Assembly: GCA_025060135.1 (NCBI GenBank)
Contig: JANXCY010000006.1
Location: 16,205-80,204 of the forward strand
Source of the DNA: Anaerolineae bacterium
GTDB lineage: Bacteria; Chloroflexota; Anaerolineae; B4-G1; DUEL01
Length of the DNA stretch: 64,000 nucleotides
Direction of reading: 5' to 3'
Part shown: positions 49,606 to 59,937 of the stretch, piece by piece
Layout of the letters: every line of letters begins with the position of its first letter
Position numbering within the stretch: the first letter of the stretch is position 1
Made by a program: the position numbers and the translations under genes
The notes under the pieces: model-generated
The model's input: the letters and a program-made list of their open reading frames with translations, nothing else
Databases searched by the model: none
Told to the model about the DNA's origin: nothing

Positions 49606-52600
49606 ATGACCCCTATCTGGACGTTACGCCACATCGCCCTGCGGCGACAGCAGCGCCGCCGTATCCGCGCTCGTACCGGCACTGGCGCCTGGATGCGGGC
49701 CCTGGGTGTGTTGCTGCTGGTCATCGTGATGCTCAACCTGACCGGATTTTCCGGGATGGTCGGCGGCATGGCTGCTGTCTACTCCTCTATCGCCCGCGAA
49801 CTGCCCGAACCGGAGCAGATTGAGTTTGTGGAACAGGAGTTTGAGACCACCCGTATCTACGACCGAACCGGCGAGCACCTCCTCTGGGAAATCATTGACC
49901 CCCACGCAGGCGATCGGGTCTGGGTGCCGCTGGAGGAGGTGCCGGAGCACCTGATCTGCGCCACCATCGCCATTGAGGACCGGACATTCTGGGAGAACCC
50001 CGGGGTCAACCCGCGCGGGATCCTCCGGGCCTTCTGGGCCAATCTCCAGGGCCAGCAAATCCAGGGCGGCTCCTCCATCACCCAGCAACTCATTAAGAAC
50101 GTCCTCATCCCGCCCGAGGAGCGGGTCGTCAGCGCAGAGGGGCCGAAATGGCGGGACTACGCGCGCAAAGTCAAAGAAATCATTCTGGCCCTGGAAATCA
50201 CCCGCCGCTACGAGAAAGAGAAAATTCTGGAATGGTACCTGAACACCAACTTTTACGGCAACCTGGCCTATGGCATTGAAGCCGCCGCCCAGGTCTACTT
50301 TGGCAAACCCGCCAGGGAACTGAACCTTGCGGAAGCCGCGACGCTGGCCGCCATCCCCCAATTCCCCCAGAAAAATCCCTTTGATGACCCCATTGAGGCC
50401 CGCAAGCGGCAGAACTTGGTCCTGGACGCGATGGTTCGGCAGGGCTGTATCACCGAGGCGCAGGCAGCCAAGGCCAAAGTGGAGCCCTGGCGGCTGGCCT
50501 CCCCCACCGAGCAATTTGACTTCCAGGCTCCTCACTTCTCCGTCTACGTCCGCAACGAACTGGAAAAAATGTTCGGCGCGGATATGGTCTATCGGGGTGG
50601 CCTGAAGGTCTATACCACCCTGGACTACGACCTTCAGCAACAAGCGGAATGCGTCGCCCGAGCCCAGATTCGCCGTCTCTCCGGCGAGGACGAGCAAAAA
50701 GTGATTGAAGAAGCCATCGCTTCCGGCTGTCAGGCTGCCCAGTACCTCCCCCCCCTGCGGGCCGCCAGCCGGGGGAAAGACCATCATGTTACCAACGCCG
50801 CCGTCGTCGTCCTGCGGCCCGGGACAGGGGAGATTCTGGCTATGGTCGGCAGCCTGGACTACTGGAACGAGGCTATTTCCGGCCGGTTCAACGCCGCTCT
50901 GGGCCACCGCCAACCCGGCTCCGCCTTCAAGCCCTTCACCTACGTAACGCTCCTCTCCCAGGGCTACACCGCCGCCCACCTCTTCTGGGACGTCCGGACG
51001 GCCTTCCCCCAACCGGGGCAGGCCCCATACGTCCCCGAGAACTACGACCGGAAATACCACGGCCCTCAGCGGCTGCGGCTGGCACTCGCCCGCTCCTACA
51101 ACATCCCCGCTGTCGCCGCGTTGCAACTGGCCGGGATTGATAACGTGATCCGCACCGCGCACAAAATGGGCATCAACACCCTGGACAAAGGGACCGAATA
51201 CTATGGCCTGAGCCTCACCCTGGGCGGTGGCGAGGTTACCCTCCTGGATATGGCCTACGCCTACTCCGTCTTTGCCAACTACGGCAAGATGATCGGCAAG
51301 CCCACGACCCCCAAAGGGCCCGGATACCGGGACCTGGACCCCGTCGCCATCCTGCGGGTGGAGGACCGCAACGGCCGGGTCCTCTACGAGTACCAACCAG
51401 AGGAGCGGCAGATTCTCTCTCCCCAACTGGCTTATCTGATCACCAGCATCCTTTCCGACCGGCAGGCCCGCTGGGCTGCCTTCGGCCACCCCAACGCGCT
51501 GGAACTCTCCGGCGACCGCCCAGCGGCCGCCAAAACCGGTACCACCAACGACTTCGTGGATAACTGGTGCATCGGCTTCACTCCGCAGATTCTCACCGGC
51601 GTCTGGATCGGCAACTCCGATAACACCGAAATGGCCAATCTCCCCGGCTCCGAGGGTGCCGCGCCGATCTGGCACGCCGTAATGGAATACGCCCACCAGG
51701 GCCTGGAAATCCTCCCCTTCCCCCGACCCGAAGGACTGGTGGAGCGGGAAATCTGCGCCACCAGCGGCGAAATCCCCACCGAAGATTGCCCTTGCCCCCG
51801 GACACGAGAACTCTTCATCCCGGGGACGGAACCCGAACCCAGTTGCAACTTTTACCAGAAACTGCGAGTGAATCGGGAGACAGGACGCCTCTGCACCGTC
51901 TTTACACCGCCCGAACTCTGTGAGGAGCGGGTGTACGAGGTCTACCCGCCAGAGGCCCAGGACTGGCTGATGAGCCTCCCGGAGGACAAGCGCCCCCCCC
52001 TTCCGCCTACCGAATACGACACCATCTACGGCCCCAACCTGGCCGATGCGGACGTCATCATCACCGAGCCCCAGCCCTACGCCTACATCGGGGGCGAAGT
52101 CATCACCATCACCGGAAGTGCCAAAGGCGGCAACTTCGCTTTCTACCGCATCGCCGTTGGCGAGGGAATGAACCCCACCGAATGGATTCAGATCGGCCCC
52201 GACCACTACAACCAGGTGGACCGCAACGTCCTGGAGTACTGGTACCTGGCCGGCTTTGAGGGCCTCTACACGCTCCAGTTGATGGTGGTGGACCACAGTC
52301 AGGCTGTACGGCAGTACGCCATCCAGGTAACCGTGGACCACACCCCGCCGAAGGTGCAACTAACCAATCCGGAGCCAGGCAAAGAGTATACCCTGGGCAA
52401 GGACGAATGGGTCAACGTCAACGCCGACGTCCAAGACAACTATGCCATCGCGCGAGTGGAATTCTACCGGAACGACGAGACGGAGCCCTTCGCCGTCCGC
52501 ACCATCCCGCCCTACAACGTCAACTGGTGGATCAAGGAGACCGGCGAACAGCGCTTCCGGGCCGTGGTCTACGACGCGGCGGGGAACCGGGCGGAGTCCG

Positions 52601-52644
52601 AAGTGGTGAAGATTCGGGTGAAACCGAAAGCCCAGGGACCGTAA
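49606..52644 (+). CDS. Class A penicillin-binding protein (PBP1A-like) with C-terminal Ig-like domains
   Basis: [15 protein letters not shown] and RKVKE (GT51); SAFK, SYN and KTGT (transpeptidase); AVVYDAAGN Ig-like tail. Confidence 0.95.
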   Translation: MTPIWTLRHIALRRQQRRRIRARTGTGAWMRALGVLLLVIVMLNLTGFSGMVGGMAAVYSSIARELPEPEQIEFVEQEFETTRIYDRTGEHLLWEIIDPHAGDRVWVPLEEVPEHLICATIAIEDRTFWENPGVNPRGILRAFWANLQGQQIQGGSSITQQLIKNVLIPPEERVVSAEGPKWRDYARKVKEIILALEITRRYEKEKILEWYLNTNFYGNLAYGIEAAAQVYFGKPARELNLAEAATLAAIPQFPQKNPFDDPIEARKRQNLVLDAMVRQGCITEAQAAKAKVEPWRLASPTEQFDFQAPHFSVYVRNELEKMFGADMVYRGGLKVYTTLDYDLQQQAECVARAQIRRLSGEDEQKVIEEAIASGCQAAQYLPPLRAASRGKDHHVTNAAVVVLRPGTGEILAMVGSLDYWNEAISGRFNAALGHRQPGSAFKPFTYVTLLSQGYTAAHLFWDVRTAFPQPGQAPYVPENYDRKYHGPQRLRLALARSYNIPAVAALQLAGIDNVIRTAHKMGINTLDKGTEYYGLSLTLGGGEVTLLDMAYAYSVFANYGKMIGKPTTPKGPGYRDLDPVAILRVEDRNGRVLYEYQPEERQILSPQLAYLITSILSDRQARWAAFGHPNALELSGDRPAAAKTGTTNDFVDNWCIGFTPQILTGVWIGNSDNTEMANLPGSEGAAPIWHAVMEYAHQGLEILPFPRPEGLVEREICATSGEIPTEDCPCPRTRELFIPGTEPEPSCNFYQKLRVNRETGRLCTVFTPPELCEERVYEVYPPEAQDWLMSLPEDKRPPLPPTEYDTIYGPNLADADVIITEPQPYAYIGGEVITITGSAKGGNFAFYRIAVGEGMNPTEWIQIGPDHYNQVDRNVLEYWYLAGFEGLYTLQLMVVDHSQAVRQYAIQVTVDHTPPKVQLTNPEPGKEYTLGKDEWVNVNADVQDNYAIARVEFYRNDETEPFAVRTIPPYNVNWWIKETGEQRFRAVVYDAAGNRAESEVVKIRVKPKAQGP

Positions 52645-52654
52645 GGAGGGCCAG

Positions 52655-54109
52655 GTGCACCTTTACGAACTGACCATCCACGAAGCCCGCGCCCTGCTGA
52701 ACGCAGGGGAGATTTCGGCAGTGGAACTGACCCAGGCCGTGATAGACCGCATCCTGGCAGTGGATAATGCCGTTCGGGCCTACATCACGCTGACGCCGGA
52801 GGCCGCGCTGGAGCAGGCCCGCGCAGCCGACACCGCGTTCCGGCAAGGACAGGCCCTCCCCCTGCTGGGAATCCCCCTCGCGATTAAGGATATCCTCTGT
52901 ACTGCGGGCATTCCCACCACCTGTGGATCCCGCATCCTGGAGAACTTCGTTCCGCCCTACGACGCCACTGCCGTAGCCCGGCTGAAGGCCGCTGGAGCGG
53001 TGATCCTGGGAAAAACCAACACCGACGAATTCGCCATGGGCTCCTCCACCGAGAACTCCGCCTTCTTCCCCACCCATAACCCCTGGGACCTGGAGCGGGT
53101 CCCGGGCGGGTCCAGCGGAGGGAGCGCCGCCGCCGTCGCCGCTGGGGAGTGTCTGGGCGCTCTGGGCACCGATACCGGCGGCTCTGTGCGCCAGCCCGCC
53201 GCCTTCTGCGGCATCGTCGGCCTGAAACCGACCTACGGTCGGGTGAGCCGCTACGGGCTCATTGCCTTTGCCTCCTCGCTGGACCAAGTGGGCGTACTGA
53301 CCCGCGATGTTACCGACGCGGCGATGCTCATGAACGTCATCGCCGGGCACGACCCGAAGGATTCCACCTCGCTGGACGCGCCCGTTCCCGACTACACCAC
53401 CGCGCTGACCGGCGACATCCGGGGAATGCGGATTGGTGTCCCCCGGGAGTATTTCATTCCCGGCATGCAGCCGGAAGTGGAAGCCGCTGTGCGCGCGGCC
53501 TTGCAGCGACTGGCCGACCTCGGCGCCGAGATCGTGGAAGTTAGCCTGCCCCACACCGACTACGCCCTCCCCGTCTACTACCTGATCGCTCCCGCGGAAG
53601 CCAGCGCGAATCTCGCCCGCTATGACGGTGTCCGCTATGGCCTTCGGATGGTGGGCAACTCCCTGGAAGATACCTACCAGCAGACCCGCGGCCAGGGATT
53701 CGGCCCGGAAGTCAAACGGCGCATCATGCTGGGCACCTATGCGCTCAGCGCCGGATACTACGACGCCTATTACCTGAAAGCCCAAAAAGTCCGCACCCTG
53801 ATCAAAGGAGATTTTGACCGCGCCTTTGAGCAGGTGGACGTAGTCGTTGCCCCCACCAGCCCCACCACGGCTTTCCGTATCGGTGAAAAGACAGAGGACC
53901 CCATCCAAATGTACCTCTCCGACGTTTTCACCCTCTCCCTCAACCTGGCTGGTATCTGCGGGATCAACGTCCCCTGCGGTTTTGATGCCCAGGGATTGCC
54001 CATCGGGATGCAGATCATGGGACCGGCCCTGGGAGAGATGACTGTCCTGCGGGTCGCCTATGCCTACGAACAGGCTACCGATTGGCACACCCGCCGACCG
54101 CCGATTTGA
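52655..54109 (+). CDS. gatA: Asp/Glu-tRNA amidotransferase subunit A
   Basis: [35 protein letters not shown] and [22 protein letters not shown] motifs. Confidence 0.97.
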   Translation: MHLYELTIHEARALLNAGEISAVELTQAVIDRILAVDNAVRAYITLTPEAALEQARAADTAFRQGQALPLLGIPLAIKDILCTAGIPTTCGSRILENFVPPYDATAVARLKAAGAVILGKTNTDEFAMGSSTENSAFFPTHNPWDLERVPGGSSGGSAAAVAAGECLGALGTDTGGSVRQPAAFCGIVGLKPTYGRVSRYGLIAFASSLDQVGVLTRDVTDAAMLMNVIAGHDPKDSTSLDAPVPDYTTALTGDIRGMRIGVPREYFIPGMQPEVEAAVRAALQRLADLGAEIVEVSLPHTDYALPVYYLIAPAEASANLARYDGVRYGLRMVGNSLEDTYQQTRGQGFGPEVKRRIMLGTYALSAGYYDAYYLKAQKVRTLIKGDFDRAFEQVDVVVAPTSPTTAFRIGEKTEDPIQMYLSDVFTLSLNLAGICGINVPCGFDAQGLPIGMQIMGPALGEMTVLRVAYAYEQATDWHTRRPPI

Positions 54110-54132
54110 AGCAAGGCAAACGAGGGAGAACC

Positions 54133-54819
54133 ATGCCCAGAGAGACCTTTGATCGGGAACTGCAGCGCCTGCAGGACGAATTGCTGGTCCTGGGAAGCAT
54201 GGTGGAAAGAGCCATCGCCGAATCCGTGGATGCCCTGAAGCGACGGGATTTTGAGGCTTCCCAGCGCATTATTGCCCAGGACCGGAACATCAACGCCCTG
54301 CGGTTCACCATTGAATCCGATGTGCTGGTGCTGATTGCTACCCAGCAGCCGATGGCCAGTGATCTGCGCGCGCTGGCAGCCATTCTGGACCTGGCCTCGG
54401 AACTGGAACGGATGGGGGATTACGCCAAGGGCATCGCTCGCATCAATCTACTGATCGGCAATCAGCCACTGATGAAGCCCCTCATTGACATCCCCCGGAT
54501 GGCGGAGCGGGCATGCAGCATGCTCCATCGGGCCTTGGATGCGTTTGCCCGCCGGGACGTGGCGTTGGCCCGCGCCATCCCCGCTGAGGATGATGAGGTG
54601 GATGCTCTGTATAACCAGGTCTATCGGGAACTGGTAACCTACATCCTGGCCGACCCCAAGCACATAGACCAGGCCAATTATCTCCTGTGGGCGGCCCACA
54701 ACCTGGAGCGAGCCGCCGATCGGGTAACCAATATCTGTGAGCGGGTGATCTTCACCGTAACCGGAGAACTGGGAGAACTGAACCAGGAAGCCACCCGTCT
54801 GGAGAACCTGCCCGGTTAA
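54133..54819 (+). CDS. phoU: Second PhoU paralogue
   Basis: ATQQPMASDLR, ELERMGDYA and LERAADRVTNICE motifs. Confidence 0.93.
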   Translation: MPRETFDRELQRLQDELLVLGSMVERAIAESVDALKRRDFEASQRIIAQDRNINALRFTIESDVLVLIATQQPMASDLRALAAILDLASELERMGDYAKGIARINLLIGNQPLMKPLIDIPRMAERACSMLHRALDAFARRDVALARAIPAEDDEVDALYNQVYRELVTYILADPKHIDQANYLLWAAHNLERAADRVTNICERVIFTVTGELGELNQEATRLENLPG

Positions 54820-54936
54820 AGCCGGTTGCACCAGCCGCACAACCGCCAATGGAACATCATGGTCTGGGCGTCCGTCTGCTTTTCCCGCCGCGAGTACGGA
54901 TCCTTTCCCACCTCACCCTTCGGAAGGAGGTAAAGC

Positions 54937-55068
54937 ATGGACGAGAACGTGCTGAGACGAAGGGAATCCTCCATCCTTCGGCTCAATGAGGACTGGTGGG
55001 CCGTCATTGTGGGCTTTCTTCTTATCGCCCTGGTGGTTCTGGGCATACTGGGACCCGTTCGCTGGTAA
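54937..55068 (+). CDS. 43-aa single-TM small protein (absent from ORF track)
   Basis: AAGGAGGT RBS, then MDENVLRRRESSILRLNEDWWAVIVGFLLIALVVLGILGPVRW*. Confidence 0.75.
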   Translation: MDENVLRRRESSILRLNEDWWAVIVGFLLIALVVLGILGPVRW

Positions 55069-55115
55069 CTTCTCGCGTCTTCTCGCGGCCCGACATCTTC
55101 TCGAAAGGAGCAGTG

Positions 55116-56159
55116 ATGACCCGGTCAATTTCTGTGTCCTCCCGAAAATGGACCGAGGTGGTGTGGTTTATCGCATCGGTCCTGTTGCTGGCAGCCCTGG
55201 CACTGGCCACCAACCGTCTGGCAGCCCATAGCCCCAAAGCGCTGGAATATCCCCTGTGGGCCGCTGTACTGGGACTGATCGCCAACGGAATCGCCAGCGG
55301 GTTGAAAATTAAACCGAAACTGGGCACAGCCTTTCGCACAGAACTGTTCCTGAAAGTGGGCCTGGTTCTTCTGGGGGCCAGCGTCAACATCACAGAGATT
55401 CTCAGCGTGGGCGCCCGGGGGGTCGTGCAGGCAGTGGTGCTGGTGGTGAGTGTCTTCCTGTTCACCTGGTGGCTGGGCGGAGCGCTCCATCTGGAAAAGA
55501 AACTACGGGCAGTGATGTGTGCCGCCGTCTCCATTTGTGGCGTCTCCGCCGCCATCGCAGCCGGAGGCTCCATCCTGGCCCGAAAGGAACACCTGGCCTA
55601 CGTAACCGCGCTGGTCATTATTACCGCGCTGCCCATGATGATTCTGATGCCCTGGATCGCGGCGCTGATGGGCATGTCCCCCGAATGGGCCGGGGCCTGG
55701 TTCGGTGGCAACATCGATACTACGGCCGCTGTGGTGGGCGCAGGAGCCATCTATGGCGAGGCGGCTGTACGCGTGGCATCCATTGTCAAAATGGCCCAGA
55801 ACGCTCTCATCGGCGTGATGGCTTTCCTGTTGGCGCTCTACTGGGTGACGCAAGAAGAACAAACGGAAATCGGACGTCCCAGCGCGCGGGTGCTCTGGGA
55901 CCGGTTTCCCAAGTTCGTTCTGGGCTTCATCCTGGTCTCGGTGCTGGCCTCAGCGGGAGCGTTCACGAAGGCCCAGATCAAGGACATCACAGCCCTTCGC
56001 CACTGGGCCTTCACCCTGGCCTTCGTTGGCATCGGTTGGGACCTGGCCCTCGGAGAGTTCCGCAGAATTGGCTTTCGCCCCCTGGCGGTCTATCTCGCCG
56101 CGACGGTGTTCAACACCCTGCTGGCGCTGGGGGCCTCCTGGCTTCTCTTCGGGCAGTGA
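55116..56159 (+). CDS. YeiH-family putative sulfate exporter
   Basis: FLKVGLVLLGA, VSICGVSAAIA, GAWFGG, VKMAQN and FPKFVLGF motifs; AAAGGAG RBS. Confidence 0.88.
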   Translation: MTRSISVSSRKWTEVVWFIASVLLLAALALATNRLAAHSPKALEYPLWAAVLGLIANGIASGLKIKPKLGTAFRTELFLKVGLVLLGASVNITEILSVGARGVVQAVVLVVSVFLFTWWLGGALHLEKKLRAVMCAAVSICGVSAAIAAGGSILARKEHLAYVTALVIITALPMMILMPWIAALMGMSPEWAGAWFGGNIDTTAAVVGAGAIYGEAAVRVASIVKMAQNALIGVMAFLLALYWVTQEEQTEIGRPSARVLWDRFPKFVLGFILVSVLASAGAFTKAQIKDITALRHWAFTLAFVGIGWDLALGEFRRIGFRPLAVYLAATVFNTLLALGASWLLFGQ

Positions 56160-56215
56160 GCCCTCCCCGGCCACGAGCCAGCCAGCGTGATCGGGTACGT
56201 GCTCATTCCAGGGAG

Positions 56216-56268
56216 AAAATGAGGGGTGGAGAGCGGCTGTCTATGCCGCCCCCCACCCCCTTTCGTTT
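56216..56268. terminator. Probable bidirectional terminator between convergent genes
   Basis: GGGGTGG..GCGGC-loop-GCCGC..CCACCCC, flanked by A-rich and T-rich ends. Confidence 0.5.
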
Positions 56269-56303
56269 CCTCCTGCACCGCGCTGCGCCGGAGGAGATGA
56301 GGT

Positions 56304-56963
56304 TCAATCCCGGAGCGGACGGTGCTCCTCCCCGGGATGCTGGATGCTCCCCTCGGGCCGCAGGGCCGCCAGCAACCGGCCCTGTAAAAGGGCCTGGGTT
56401 ACATCCCCACGCGTCCGCTCCAGAACCCCCCGTAACTGATCCACCCGGTGGCGCAGGCCGCCGGTTACCACATCGGGAAAGTCATAGGTCATCAGGAGGT
56501 CGTAGACGGCCTCCATGACGGAAAGCAAGCGCTCTGCCTCTGGCAAACGGTCCTGGCGCAAGAGGTCCAGGCATCGCCGCCGCAGTTCGGAGGCCGCCTC
56601 ACAGAGGCCGTTGAGGTAAACAGCCGAGGAGACTCCCAATCCGGCAGGATCAGGGAGCGGTGCGCCGGTCACCATCGCCAGCACCAGGTGGGCCTCTGCC
56701 CGTTCTTTCAGGCCATCCTGAACGTAACCGGCGTAGAGAAGGTCCGGGTACGCGGTTACCGCCTCCACCATTTCAGCGGCGACCTCGTCGGCCTGATCCA
56801 GCAATTCCCGGGCGGTTCCCCATTCCTCCCGATGGACCGCGCGGATGGCCGTGGCACAAAGGCGGACCAGTTCGCGGGAACGGCGCAGGGCCTCGTCCCG
56901 GGCCGCATCCCGGGCAGAGAGATCAGCCCGAATTTCCTCGCCGAGAGCCTCCAATCGTTCCAA
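56304..56963 (-). CDS. Translin/Trax (C3PO)-family protein
   Basis: RDEALRRSRELVR, AIRAVHR, LKERAEA, YLNGLCEAASELRR and LRHRVD motifs; TTG start with GGAG RBS just after the pyk stop. Confidence 0.85.
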   Translation of the reverse strand: MERLEALGEEIRADLSARDAARDEALRRSRELVRLCATAIRAVHREEWGTARELLDQADEVAAEMVEAVTAYPDLLYAGYVQDGLKERAEAHLVLAMVTGAPLPDPAGLGVSSAVYLNGLCEAASELRRRCLDLLRQDRLPEAERLLSVMEAVYDLLMTYDFPDVVTGGLRHRVDQLRGVLERTRGDVTQALLQGRLLAALRPEGSIQHPGEEHRPLRD

Positions 56964-56965
56964 CG

Positions 56966-58375
56966 CTATTCTCCCACTACGTGGACCTGGAGCATATTGG
57001 TGCGGCCCTCCCCGCCGAAGGGGACCCCTGCCGTCAACACCACCCGGTCGCCGTTCCGGACCAGGCCGGTTTGGAGGGCGGCCTGGATCATCCGGGCCAT
57101 CATCTCGTCGGTGGTAGTAAATGGTGGAACCAGGATCGGCGTTACTCCCCAGACCAGCGATAGCCGCATCAACGTGCGGAGGTTCGGCGTGGCGGCAATA
57201 ATTGGCACCGGTGGACGGTAGCGGGCAACCATTCGGGCGGTGGTACCAGACATAGTGGCCGTCAGAATGGCCCGGGCACCAACCTCGGCAGCAATCTCTA
57301 CCGTTGCTCGGCTGATGGCTCCAGTAACCGATCCTTTTGGACACTCCAGTTCATGCAGAAAGCGCTCCGGAGAAAGATGGGCTTCCGCGCTGGCACAGAT
57401 GCGGGCCATGGTCCGGGCTGCCTCCACCGGATAGGCTCCCACAGCCGTCTCGCCGGAGAGCATCACCGCGTCAGTGCCGTCCAGGACCGCATTGGCCACG
57501 TCGGACGCCTCGGCGCGGGTAGGGGTAGGGTTTTCTATCATCGTCTGGAGCATCTGGGTAGCGGTAATAACAGGCTTGCCGACCCGGTTGCAGGCACGGA
57601 TGATCCGCTTCTGGTGGAACGGTACCTCTTCGGCGGAAGTTTCCACCCCCAGGTCGCCCCGCGCCACCATCACTGCGTCGGCGACCTCTAAGATGGCATC
57701 AAACGCCGCCACTGCCTCTGCTTTCTCGATTTTGACGACGATGGGCAGGTCGGCCGCGCCCCATTCCCTCAGCCATCGCCGCAGTTCCTGCACATCCGAT
57801 GCAGACCGGACAAAGGAGAGAGCGATGAGGTCCACGCCCTGCTCCACGGCGAAACGAGCATCCTGGCGGTCTTTTTCGGTGAGCGCGGAGATGCGCAGGG
57901 CCGCGCCGGGGAGGTTCAGCCCTTTGTGAGAAGTCAGCCGTCCACCGAAGACGACCCGGCAGCGAACGCGCTCTCCATCGGCCCCCTCCACCCGTAGTTC
58001 CAGTTGCCCATCATCCAGAAGGACCCTCTGGCCCTCCCGCAAATCGGCCAGGACCTCCGGATGGGGCACCGGGAGGCGGCCTGGAGCGAAGGGAGCCGGG
58101 GAGAGGACAACCTCTTCTCCTGCCCGCAGGACAATACCATCGGGAGGAAGTGCTCCCAGCCGCAGTTTGGGGCCTTGAAGGTCAGCCATAATCGCCAGCA
58201 AGCAGCCCTCTTCCTGGGCCACCTGTCGCGCGACAGCAATGATGCGGGCATGGGTCTCCTGGTCGCCGTGGGAGAAGTTGATACGGGCAACCGTCATTCC
58301 AGCCCGGAGAAGGCCTCGGATGACCTCGGGGTCTCGCGAAGCCGGCCCTAAGGTGCAGACCAGTTTGGTGCGCAT
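56966..58375 (-). CDS. pyk: Pyruvate kinase
   Basis: RTKLVCTLGPAS, RINFSHG, DLQGPK, KIEK, MVARGDLGVE, TATQML and MLSGETA motifs. Confidence 0.97.
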   Translation of the reverse strand: MRTKLVCTLGPASRDPEVIRGLLRAGMTVARINFSHGDQETHARIIAVARQVAQEEGCLLAIMADLQGPKLRLGALPPDGIVLRAGEEVVLSPAPFAPGRLPVPHPEVLADLREGQRVLLDDGQLELRVEGADGERVRCRVVFGGRLTSHKGLNLPGAALRISALTEKDRQDARFAVEQGVDLIALSFVRSASDVQELRRWLREWGAADLPIVVKIEKAEAVAAFDAILEVADAVMVARGDLGVETSAEEVPFHQKRIIRACNRVGKPVITATQMLQTMIENPTPTRAEASDVANAVLDGTDAVMLSGETAVGAYPVEAARTMARICASAEAHLSPERFLHELECPKGSVTGAISRATVEIAAEVGARAILTATMSGTTARMVARYRPPVPIIAATPNLRTLMRLSLVWGVTPILVPPFTTTDEMMARMIQAALQTGLVRNGDRVVLTAGVPFGGEGRTNMLQVHVVGE

Positions 58376-58446
58376 TGGAATCGCCCCTCCGCTAGGCATC
58401 CTGCAACCCGCCACGAAGGCTGAACGGTAACCACCGGTATCCTGAC

Positions 58447-59544
58447 CTACGGGAGCGCTTCCCAACGTCCCACCAGTTTTTCCATGACCTGGGGGAGGGT
58501 GGTATACTCCATCTCTTCCATCGGGAGGCGATGGGGCTCAAAGGGGCCATGGCGGCGGAAGTGGTCAGCGATGACGTTGCAGAGGCGGCGCGCTTCATCA
58601 AAGCCAGGGTCATCAAACATGTCCCGGGGACCCACCAGCCGCCCTCCGGCGATCTGGAACCCCAGGCAGACCACGCGCGGAGGGCCATCAAAACGGCTGG
58701 GAGTGGCATACCGGAGAGGAACGGGCATCAGCGGGCCGTAGTGAGAACCGCGCATCCACCCCTCCACGATATGTGGGAGGGTGAACGGCTCCAGTACCTC
58801 GCCCACGGCCGGGAAATCCCCCTGGCTCCGAACGATGCAGACCGGGTCATCCTTGCCCACATACCGTCCGGCAATCAACGCCAGACGCTGGGTAGAGGAG
58901 ACAGCAGCAATCTCCCCCCTCTTGGTGTAGACGGCCTTGACCGCATAACGGCCCGACGCCCCGATAAAGACCAGCAAGTCATAGATTTCCTCGGGGGTAT
59001 TAAAAAAGATTCGCTTGCTCGCCTTGACATCGTGGACCTCAAACCGGAAGCCCTCGTGCATGGCAGGGGAGATGACCAGCCCAGCCGTGTTGAAGGGATC
59101 GGCGAACATCCGGTAAAGGGGAAGGTTCCAGGCTCCGGCAGAGGTCTTATCGGCCATAAAGATCAGCACCGGCTCGGAAGGCCGTTCGGTGAATTCCATT
59201 TCCGCCACGCCGGGGCCCATCCCCTTGACGTTGCCGGAAAACGCGTCCGCCAGCAGGTCCTGCCCGGCGCCATAGAGTTTCAGCCGTCTGGCCACTTCCG
59301 TACAGGCGGCAAAGGTCTCCCAGGCCAGGCGGTGAATCTCAGGGCTATCCACTCCTTTGCGATGGGTCATAATGAGTTGCAGGTCATCCCCACAGGCGGT
59401 AACGTGGAAATCCACCAGAATGTTGGCCTTTACTGCTGCTTCCAGCCGGTCCTCCGCTTCCTCAATTAATTCTTTATGAACGCTGGAATGTCCTACAAAT
59501 CCACCCACATCCGCTTTGATGACGCTGAGAGTGATCAGGTCCAT
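58447..59544 (-). CDS. fbp: Bifunctional fructose-1,6-bisphosphate aldolase/phosphatase (class V)
   Basis: KADVGG, CGDD, LYGAGQD, YVGKDDP, GWMRGSH, FDGPP and EMEYT motifs. Confidence 0.96.
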   Translation of the reverse strand: MDLITLSVIKADVGGFVGHSSVHKELIEEAEDRLEAAVKANILVDFHVTACGDDLQLIMTHRKGVDSPEIHRLAWETFAACTEVARRLKLYGAGQDLLADAFSGNVKGMGPGVAEMEFTERPSEPVLIFMADKTSAGAWNLPLYRMFADPFNTAGLVISPAMHEGFRFEVHDVKASKRIFFNTPEEIYDLLVFIGASGRYAVKAVYTKRGEIAAVSSTQRLALIAGRYVGKDDPVCIVRSQGDFPAVGEVLEPFTLPHIVEGWMRGSHYGPLMPVPLRYATPSRFDGPPRVVCLGFQIAGGRLVGPRDMFDDPGFDEARRLCNVIADHFRRHGPFEPHRLPMEEMEYTTLPQVMEKLVGRWEALP

Positions 59545-59625
59545 GTTTCCTCCTTTCCTCAGCAACTTGGGAACGGTCCGCACGGCTTCAGGGAACGACC
59601 ATTTCTCCCGGGGCACAGGTCTCTA

Positions 59626-59937
59626 TCACCAGTAACGATAACGACTGCCTCTGGCATCTGGATGCTCCCTGCCCGGCCTTAACATCCCAGAGAATGCGGC
59701 GCAGAGAGACGAAAGAGCCAAGACCGGCCTCACCATCTGGCGACAGACCTGCTCCACCCCTTTTTGACCCCGCCCCAGAACCCTGCGCGCCCGCTGGAGC
59801 CAACGAGGGAGAACCCGCCACCAGCGGGAGCGATAGAGGCCGTAATTCAACAGCGTCATCAGCGCTACCCCGGCCAGGGCGCCCAGGGCTATCTCCAGGG
59901 CCAGCAACATCAGCGCCAGGTCTCGCAGGATACTCAC
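59626..59937 (-). CDS. Hypothetical membrane protein
   Basis: Hydrophobic N-terminus and basic C-terminus; GTG start overlaps the upstream stop. Confidence 0.6.
   Translation of the reverse strand: MSILRDLALMLLALEIALGALAGVALMTLLNYGLYRSRWWRVLPRWLQRARRVLGRGQKGVEQVCRQMVRPVLALSSLCAAFSGMLRPGREHPDARGSRYRYW

Noticed and set aside
49624-52359. 911-aa antisense ORF, and similar ones at 127-1284, 7844-9268, 33106-34788 and 52532-54088
   Set aside because: Shadow ORFs opposite well-supported genes in high-GC DNA, with no recognisable motifs.
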